Shown here one piece after another: positions 19,088-27,200 of a DNA stretch of 32,859 nt. The stretch is from Candidatus Polarisedimenticolia bacterium (GTDB lineage: Bacteria; Acidobacteriota; Polarisedimenticolia; SMYD01). Where the stretch lies: contig JBFGDW010000002.1 of assembly GCA_041580435.1 (NCBI GenBank), positions 1 to 32,859 on the forward strand, read 5' to 3'. Every line of letters begins with the position of its first letter. Position 1 is the first letter of the stretch. The translations under genes and the position numbers were made by a program. The notes below the pieces were generated by a model that saw only the letters and a list, made by a program, of their open reading frames with translations, was not told the DNA's origin and did no database searches.

Positions 19088-22000
19088 ATGGGTTTCGGCA
19101 AGTCAAGGGGTGCGATGTCCGGGGGGAAGCTGGTCTTCCTCTTCGGGCTGTTCCTCGCCCTGTCCCTGGCCGCTCCCGCCGACGCGCAGGCGTGCAAGGC
19201 GTTCGGCGGCCTCATCGACGGCTTCGTCAATCCGGTGCCCCCGTCACAGGTGCAGATCGACGGCAGCTGCACCATCCGGAACTTCCCGGCGTCCAACCCG
19301 CTCACCACCAACTTCAGCTTCTTCACCCAGCCGGGCCAGAACCCCCAGCGCTGGCTCATCATCTTCGACAACGTCGTGCACACGGGCCAGATGTCGTGCA
19401 ACGCCGTCCAGGGCCACAAGATCTGGTTCACCAACGGCTCGTCCAGCTCCATCAAGGAGAACTGCCAGAACCTCCTGATCCCGGTGGAGAAGATCATCAA
19501 GGACAACCCGGCGGGCCAGACCACCGCCACCATCGGCGTCCCCTTCACCTACAAGCTCACCATCCCGGTCCTGTTCGACCCGGCCACGGGAACGGTGATC
19601 AACTTCAGCGGCTCGCCCAACGACCTGCACGGCATCACCGTCTGGGACGACCTCAACGCCACCGGCGCCGATCTCACCTACGTGGGCCACACCGCCTACT
19701 GGCTGGCCGACGGGTCGCCCATCCCCCACACGTTCAGCAACAGCGGGGGCTTCCTCACCTTCGACAACTTCCCCATCGTCCCCGCCGGGGATCAGTTCGT
19801 CATCGAGCTCACCGTGGTGCTCAACAACACCCCGGCCAACGCCCCGGGGACCCAGTTCATCAACACCGCCAAGTGGGACTTCGGGCGCCTCATCGACGGC
19901 GTCTTCTACGAGCCGCTCCCAGGCGAGTGGGGCGTTTCCCCGCCCCTGACCATCGCCGCGCCGGTGCTGGTGGTCACCAAGTCGGGGCCGGCCACCATGA
20001 ACCTGGGGCAGTGGGGCGACTTCGTCCTGGACGTGACCAACACCGGGCTCAGCGCGGCGTGGGACGTGTCCCTCCGCGACCTGCTGCCCGACGGGCCTTC
20101 AGGGGGGATGTGCGATCTCACCCCCGAGATCACCAGCGCCCGGGTCTTCGCCGCCGACGGCGTCACGCCGGTGCCGGGGAAGGGCCCCCTCAACGCCGGC
20201 AGCGACTACATCCTGAGCTACAGCGGGGCGCCCACCTGCCGCCTGGACCTGCGCATGCTGACGCCGGCGGGTGTCATCGGCCCGGGCCAGCGCCTCATCA
20301 TCCGCTACCGCACCCAGCTGGACGGCGACACCCAGAACGGCGCCACCCTCACCAACGTGGCCGGTGCCATCCAGTGGTTCAACGGCAGCGCCGCCAACCC
20401 CGGCCGGATCACATCCACACGCACGCTCACCGATGGCACGGTGGGGGTGGCCGACCACCAGGACGCCCACACGGTCACCGTGGCCCTCACCGGCTTCTTC
20501 TTCGAGAAGACCGCCGCCAACCTGACCAGCGGGGCGGATCCGGCCACCACGGCCGCGCCTGGCGAAACGCTGCGCTACACGCTGCGCGTCCGCACCACCG
20601 ATCAGGCGCTGCCGAGCTTCCGGATCTTCGACGAGCTGGACGCCCTCAACGGGCAGCCGTCCTTCGTGCCGGGCACCCTGTCCCTGGTGAGCGTCCCGGC
20701 GGGCGCTGATACCGCCAACACCAGCGGCACCGGCGGCGCCGCCGGCACCGGTGTCCTGGACATCCGTAACCTGAGCCTGCCGGCCGATGCCGAGCTCCTG
20801 GTGGTGTTCGACATCACCCTGGATGGAAGCCTGGCCAACGGCACCGTGGTGGCCAACCAGTCGGCGGTGCGCCTCTCCGACGGCACCCCCTTCGCCCTCA
20901 GCGACGACCCCAACGTCAATGGCGCCGCGGATCCCACCGTGGCCGGCGACGAGGACCCCACCCGGGTGACCATCGTCTCGGCGCCGGAGTTCCTGATCCA
21001 GAAGATCTCCACCGACCTCACCGGCGACCCCAGCGTCCTGCTGGCCGGCGAGACTCTGCGCTACACCCTCACCGTCAAGAACATCGGCAACCAGGATGCC
21101 ACCGGCGTGATCCTGCGGGACGCGGTGCCGGTGAACACCAGCTACGTCCCGGGGAGCACTACCCTCAATGGCGCGGCCGTGGCCGACGTGGGCGGCCAGT
21201 CCCCCCTGGTCAACGGCATGCTCATCCACTCGCCGGCCAATCCCACGCCGGGGTTCATGCCGGCGGATGCGTCCAGCAACCCGGCCAACGTGGCCACCAT
21301 CACCTTCGACGTGGTGGTGGATCCGGGCGTGGTGGACGGCACCATCATCTCCAACCAGGGGTTCGTCACCGCCCCGGGCAGCGGCATCGTCGATCAGCCC
21401 TCCGACGACCCGGACACGCCCATCGCCGATGACCCGACCCGGGACATCGTGGGGAACCTGCCGCTGCTCTACGCCGAGAAGCGGGCCGCCCTGCTGGTGG
21501 ACCTGGGTTCGCCGGGCATCGTCGACCCGGGAGACATCCTCCGCTACACCATCACCATCCAGAACTCCGGCGCCGTTGCGGCCACCGGGGTGGTGCTCAC
21601 CGACCCGGTCCCGGCCAGCACCACCTACGTGGCCGACACCACCCAGCTCAACGGCCTGCCGGTGGGCCAGCCTGACGGCGGCGTGGCGCCGCTGGCGTCG
21701 GGGATCGACATCAGCTCCCCGGACCTGACTCCGCCCCTGCCCGGACCGGGGGCCGGCACCGTCTCTCCCGGCCAGACGGCGGTCCTCCAGTTCGACCTGC
21801 AGGTCAACGCCGGCACCCCCGCGGGAACCGTGATCAGCAACCAGGCCGTGGTGGGGAGCGCCGAGCTGGAGGACCTGCCCACCGACGGCGACGGCAACCC
21901 CGCCACGGGCCCCGAGCCCACGGTGGTGGTGGTGGGCGACGCCCAGCAGCTCTCCATCAGCAAGCAGGTGTCGGTGGTGGGCGGCGGCCCGGCCGTCCCC

Positions 22001-24232
22001 GGCGCCGAGCTGGAGTACGTGGTGCGGGTGACCAACATCGCCGCCGTCCCCGCCTTCAACGTGGTGATCACCGACGACCTGGACGCCCCGGTCCCGGGCC
22101 AGCTGGCTTACGTGGCCTCCTCGGCCACCCTCAACGGCGCGGCGGCGGGGGTGAGCTTCGCCGGCTCGACCCTCACCGCGGACTACGCCGCCGCCTACGG
22201 CCCGCTGGCGCCGGGCGCAGCGGCGGTGCTGCGCTTCCGCGCCACCCTCGATCCAGGCCTGGCCAGCGGCACCACCGTCACCAACACCGGCGTGGTCACC
22301 TGGAACACCCCCACCCAGACCGCCAGCGCCAGCGTCTCCCTGGTGGTGGGCGGCGTCCCCGGGGTGGCGGCGCTCAACGGCTCCGCCTGGCACGACGCCG
22401 ATTTCGATGACGCGCGCGGCGCCGGCGAGGGGGCCCTGGCCGGCTGGTTCGTGGACCTCTACCGGAACGGGACACTGCTGTCCACCACCCAGACCGACCC
22501 CTCCGGCAACTGGCGCATCAGCGGCCTGGCGCCCAACGACACCTCCGGCGCCGCCTACGAGGTGCGCTTCCGCGCCCCGGGCGCCGGGGCCAGCACCGCG
22601 CTGCTGGGGCAGGCCGACTCGCCGTTCACCGACGGGCTGCAGCGCATCAGCGCCATCGTGGTGGGCCCAGGGGCCAACCTCCTGGGGCTGAACCTGCCCA
22701 TCGACCCCAACGGCGTGGTGTACAGCTCCATCTCCCGCGGCCCGGTCGCCGGGGCGACCCTGACCCTCATGGATGCCGGCGGCGCCTCTCCCCTGCCGGC
22801 AGGCTGCTTCGACGACGCCGCCCAGCAGGGCCAGGTGACCCTCGCCGACGGCTACTACAAGTTCGACCTCAACTTCAGCGACCCGGCCTGCCCCAGCGGC
22901 GGCACCTATCTCATCGCCCTGACGGCGCCCCCGGGGACCACCTTCGTCGGGAACGTCTCCCAGATCATCCCGCCCACCACCGACGGCGCTACGGCGGCCT
23001 TCTCGGTGCCGGCCTGCCCGGGCAGCCCCGACGACACCATCCCCGCCACGGCGCAGCACTGCGAGGTGCAGCCGTCGGAGCAGCCGCCGGGCCCGTCGGT
23101 GCCGCCCCTCGGGCCGGGCACCGTCTACCACCTCCACGTGCTCGTGGACGGGAGCCAGGCCCCCGGTTCGAGCCAGATCTTCAACAACCACATCCCCCTG
23201 GACCCTGAGGTGAGCGGCACCATCGCCCTGTCCAAGACCACGCCGCGCCTCCATATCAGCCGGGGCGAGCTGGTCCCCTACGTCCTCACGGTGAGCAACG
23301 CCTCCGGCACGCTCCTCACCGACGTGAGCCTCGTGGACCGCTTCCCGCCGGGCTTCAGCTACGTGACCGGCTCTGCCCTCCTGGACGGCGTCCCCACCGA
23401 GCCGGCCGTGGCGGGCAACGAGCTGCGCTGGGACGGCCTGACCCTGGCGGCCACCCAGGTGCGCACCGTGAAGCTCCTGCTGGCGGCCGGCGCCGGCGTG
23501 GGCGAGGGGGAGCACGTGAACCGGGCGCAGGTGGTCAACGGGACCACCGGAGATGCCATGTCCGGCGAGGCCACCGCCACCGTGCGAGTCGTGCCCGACC
23601 CGACCTTCGACTGCACCGACGTGCTGGGGAAGGTCTTCAACGACATCAACCGCAACGGGCAGCAGGACGAGGGGGAGGAGGGCCTGCCCGGCGTGCGGGT
23701 GGTGACGGCCCGGGGCCTGCAGGCCACCACCGACGCCCACGGGCGGTACCACATCACCTGCGCCGTCACCCCCCACGAGGCCCGGGGCAGCAACTTCGTG
23801 CTCAAGCTGGACGACCGCAGCCTGCCCAGCGGCTTCCGCCTGTCCACCGACCAGGTGCAGGTGCAGCGCGCCACCCGGGGCAAAACCCTGCGCTTCAGCT
23901 TCGGCGCCTCCATCCACCGGGTGGTGGCCATGGACCTGTCCGACGCGGCGTTCGAGCCGGGCTCCACCGCCCTCCGCGCCCAGTGGCGGCCGCGGCTGGA
24001 CCTGCTGCTGGACGAGCTGCGCAAGGGACCGTCGGTGCTGCGCCTGTCCTACCTGGCCGACACCGAGGATGAACCCCTGGTGCGGCGCCGCCTGGATGCC
24101 ATCAAGAGCCAGGTGGCCGCCGCCTGGGACGCGTCGGGCGCCGGCTGGCGCCTCGCCATCGAGCCGGAGATCTTCTGGCGGCTGGGGGCCGCACCCCGCC
24201 GGCCCCGGGTCTTTGCGCCGGACGGGAGGTGA
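19088..24232 (+). CDS. Large exported DUF11/conserved-repeat (isopeptide-type Ig-like) adhesin-like protein with SdrD-B-like domains and a degenerate C-terminal OmpA-like domain
   Basis: Signal peptide ending APADA|Q. About 7 repeats of K....PG..L.Y...V.N.G......V...D....N.A. Two SdrD-B-like modules (GSAWHDADFD..GE..LAG; GKVFNDINRNGQQDEGEEGLPGV). Start 19088 or 19115; the ORF-track start at 18950 falls inside the riboswitch. Confidence 0.88.
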   Translation: MGFGKSRGAMSGGKLVFLFGLFLALSLAAPADAQACKAFGGLIDGFVNPVPPSQVQIDGSCTIRNFPASNPLTTNFSFFTQPGQNPQRWLIIFDNVVHTGQMSCNAVQGHKIWFTNGSSSSIKENCQNLLIPVEKIIKDNPAGQTTATIGVPFTYKLTIPVLFDPATGTVINFSGSPNDLHGITVWDDLNATGADLTYVGHTAYWLADGSPIPHTFSNSGGFLTFDNFPIVPAGDQFVIELTVVLNNTPANAPGTQFINTAKWDFGRLIDGVFYEPLPGEWGVSPPLTIAAPVLVVTKSGPATMNLGQWGDFVLDVTNTGLSAAWDVSLRDLLPDGPSGGMCDLTPEITSARVFAADGVTPVPGKGPLNAGSDYILSYSGAPTCRLDLRMLTPAGVIGPGQRLIIRYRTQLDGDTQNGATLTNVAGAIQWFNGSAANPGRITSTRTLTDGTVGVADHQDAHTVTVALTGFFFEKTAANLTSGADPATTAAPGETLRYTLRVRTTDQALPSFRIFDELDALNGQPSFVPGTLSLVSVPAGADTANTSGTGGAAGTGVLDIRNLSLPADAELLVVFDITLDGSLANGTVVANQSAVRLSDGTPFALSDDPNVNGAADPTVAGDEDPTRVTIVSAPEFLIQKISTDLTGDPSVLLAGETLRYTLTVKNIGNQDATGVILRDAVPVNTSYVPGSTTLNGAAVADVGGQSPLVNGMLIHSPANPTPGFMPADASSNPANVATITFDVVVDPGVVDGTIISNQGFVTAPGSGIVDQPSDDPDTPIADDPTRDIVGNLPLLYAEKRAALLVDLGSPGIVDPGDILRYTITIQNSGAVAATGVVLTDPVPASTTYVADTTQLNGLPVGQPDGGVAPLASGIDISSPDLTPPLPGPGAGTVSPGQTAVLQFDLQVNAGTPAGTVISNQAVVGSAELEDLPTDGDGNPATGPEPTVVVVGDAQQLSISKQVSVVGGGPAVPGAELEYVVRVTNIAAVPAFNVVITDDLDAPVPGQLAYVASSATLNGAAAGVSFAGSTLTADYAAAYGPLAPGAAAVLRFRATLDPGLASGTTVTNTGVVTWNTPTQTASASVSLVVGGVPGVAALNGSAWHDADFDDARGAGEGALAGWFVDLYRNGTLLSTTQTDPSGNWRISGLAPNDTSGAAYEVRFRAPGAGASTALLGQADSPFTDGLQRISAIVVGPGANLLGLNLPIDPNGVVYSSISRGPVAGATLTLMDAGGASPLPAGCFDDAAQQGQVTLADGYYKFDLNFSDPACPSGGTYLIALTAPPGTTFVGNVSQIIPPTTDGATAAFSVPACPGSPDDTIPATAQHCEVQPSEQPPGPSVPPLGPGTVYHLHVLVDGSQAPGSSQIFNNHIPLDPEVSGTIALSKTTPRLHISRGELVPYVLTVSNASGTLLTDVSLVDRFPPGFSYVTGSALLDGVPTEPAVAGNELRWDGLTLAATQVRTVKLLLAAGAGVGEGEHVNRAQVVNGTTGDAMSGEATATVRVVPDPTFDCTDVLGKVFNDINRNGQQDEGEEGLPGVRVVTARGLQATTDAHGRYHITCAVTPHEARGSNFVLKLDDRSLPSGFRLSTDQVQVQRATRGKTLRFSFGASIHRVVAMDLSDAAFEPGSTALRAQWRPRLDLLLDELRKGPSVLRLSYLADTEDEPLVRRRLDAIKSQVAAAWDASGAGWRLAIEPEIFWRLGAAPRRPRVFAPDGR

Positions 24233-24237
24233 GGGGG

Positions 24238-27200
24238 ATGCGCACGCACCGTCACCTCCTGCTGGCGTCGGGCCTCCTTCTGGCGGCCGCCCTGCCGCGC
24301 GCCACGCCCGCGGGCTCCTCCCTGGTGGACTTCTGCGAGGTGGGCGAGTCGCTGGAGCGGCACCTGTCCCCTGACCAGACCTTCCAGCGCTGGTCCCAGG
24401 ACCCGGACCTCCTGGACACCCAGCGGGGCGACCGGCTGGAGGTGCGGCAGGTCCTGGGAGAGGAGCTGACCACCGTGAAGCTCCGCAACGTGGTCCCGCC
24501 CATCCGCTTCGCCTCGGGCGTCGCCGACATCCCGCCCGAGTACGTGGAGAAGCTCGCTCGCATCCTGGAGGGGATGCGCCACCGCCGCAACGTGCGCGTC
24601 CACTTCGTGGGGCACGCCGACACCCAGCGCCTCTCCGAGGCCCTGGTCCGGGTCTTCGGTGACAACGCCGGCCTGTCCCGGGAGCGCGCCGGCGAGGTGG
24701 CCGAGTTCTTCAAGAACGCCCTGGACCTTCCGCCCGAGGCCATCACCTACGAGTGGGCCGGGGACACCCAGCCCATCGCGTCCAATCTCACCGAGGAGGG
24801 GCGGGCGCTCAACCGGCGCGTGGAGGTGGAGGTCTGGTACGACGAGGCGGCCGGCACCCTCAAGGACCAGGAGGTGGTCGTGGCCGAGGAGATCCGGCGC
24901 ATCAAGGTCTGCCGGATGGAGACGGTCTGCAAGATGCGCTTCCGGGAGGGGCATGCCCGGCGGGCCCGGGTCCGGAACCTGGTGGTGCCCCTGCGCTACG
25001 ACGACGAGACCACGCCCATCTCCGGCGACTTCATCAAGCAGATCGCCCAGGCCCTCCACAACCTGCGGGACAGGCAGAACGTGGCGGTGCGGTTCATCGG
25101 CCACACCGACGATGCCCCGCTGGCGGGGCGCGACGAGCGCATCTACGGCAACCACCTGTCCCTCTCCCGGGCCCGGGCGCTGCGGGTGGCGCTGGCCCTG
25201 CAGGACGCCCTGGGGCCGTCCACCGCCGCCGTGGAGAGCGACGGGCGCGGCGCCGCCCGGCCCGTGGCCTCCAACGAGACCGCCCAGGGCCGGGCGCTGA
25301 ACCGGCGCATCGAGGTGGAGTTCTGGCACGACGACCCCCTCCAGGAGCTTCCTGACGAGCCGCTCCCCTGCCCCGGCGACTCCGGCGAGGAGATGGCGAC
25401 CCGGGTCTATGACCCGCCCTGGGGCCGGATCCCGGCGCTGGAGCTTGTGGACGGCGAGCCGCTCATCCCTCCAGGCTACGCCGCCGACCTGAACCGGGCC
25501 CTCACGGACATCGCCCACCGGACCAACCCGCGGCTGCGGTTCACCGGCTACACCGCCAACGAGCGCCTGGACCGGCGCACCGCCTCGGTGTACGGCGATG
25601 ACATCGGCCTGTCGGCGGCCCGGGCCCGCCGCGCCATGGAGACCCTCCTGCAGGACCCGCTGCTGGCGACGGCCCGTGCCGAGCACGAGGGGCGCGGCTA
25701 CGTGCAGTCCGACGACGTGGTCAACGCCGGCTTCATCCAGGGAGACACCTCCTTCGTGCGGGTGCAGGCGGTCTACGATGAGCCGGTCCCCCTGGACGAC
25801 TACGAAGGGGTGGACATCACCCGCATCACGCGGGAGCTGAGTCCCGGCAGCCCCTACGAGCTCAACGTCATGCGCATCACGGTGGACGGGGAGCCCATGG
25901 ACGACCCGGGGCGCAGCTCGTCGGACATCCAGCGCTGCACCGACGTGGCCCTGGATGACGCCCGCATCCGCTTCCGCTTCGACAGCCTGGACGCCAGCCC
26001 GCGGCTGGCGGTGGCGGCCCATCCCGTGGCCGTGGCCATGGGCAGCGGGGCGGACGGCGCCGGGCCGGCCGCCACCGTGCGGTTCAACAGCTCCAGCAAC
26101 TACGCCAGCTTCATCCAGCGGGCCGAGGTCCGCATCCTGGAGCCGGGGCAGCCGGCAGGCGCGGCACCGCTGGCCGTCCTCCCGGTGGACGCCGACGGCC
26201 GGGCCGAGTGGCAGCCCCCGGCCGGCCTCCTGAAGGGCCCCACCCGGGAGCTCACCTACCGGCTGCGGGCCCACGGCGCCGGTGGCCGCTACGACGAGAC
26301 CGCGCCCCGGCCGCTGTGGCTGGTGCGCGCGGCGCCGGACGGCGGCGCGGTCCCGGACGGCGGCGCCGGGACGGCCTCGCCGGCCCAGGATCTGCTCGCC
26401 GCCCACGGCGAGAGCCAGCTAACGCGCCAGGAGATCCGCATCCAGGGGGGCACGGTGCGGGTGAACGGCGGCGGCATCCCGGCGGGCCACCAGGTCTGGG
26501 TGGCGGGCCGGCCGGTGCCGGTGGATCCGGAGGGGCGCTTCGTCGCCGAGGCGATCCTCCCGCCGGGGGCCCACACGGTGGAGGTGGCCGTCCTGGATGA
26601 CGCGGGCAACGGCTCTCTCTACCTGCGCGACCTGGAGTTCGGCGGCAGGGACCTGTTCTACGTGGGCATCGCCGACCTCACCCTGTCCGAGAACAGCGGC
26701 AGCGGCCCGGTGGAGCTGCTCCAGGGCGAGGGGGCGCGCCAGCCCCTGGACTCCTCCCTGGACGGCCGGCTGGCGTTCTACGTCAACGGCCAGGTGAGCC
26801 CCCGGTGGAGCCTGACCGCCAGCGCCGACACCCGGGAGGGGCCGGTGGAGGGCCTGTTCAGCAACTTCCTGGACAAGTCCCCGGAGGCGCTGTTCCGGCG
26901 CATCGATCCCGACAACCACTACCCCACCTTCGGCGACGACAGCGTGGTGGAGGAGATGGCCCCCACCCTGGGCAAGCTCTACGTCAAGGCCAGCCGCGGC
27001 GAGAGCTACGGTCTGTGGGGCAACTTCAAGGTGGACTACCTGGGCAACGAGCTGGCCCACGTGGACCGGGGCCTGTACGGCGCCAACGCCCACTACGGCT
27101 CGGAGGCCACCACGAGCTTCGGCGAGCAGCGGGCGGCGGTGGACGGGTTCGCCGCCGAGCCGGGCACCCTGGCCAGCTACGAGGAGCTGCGCGGGACGGG

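Noticed and set aside
20099-23917. 1272-aa minus-strand ORF
   Set aside because: Codon-mirror of the DUF11 gene (G/V/H/D-rich), typical of high-GC genomes.
24238-25350. Flagellar MotB call for the OmpA-like domains
   Set aside because: No MotB TM/plug and no flagellar genes; the protein has a signal peptide and a barrel-like C-terminus.
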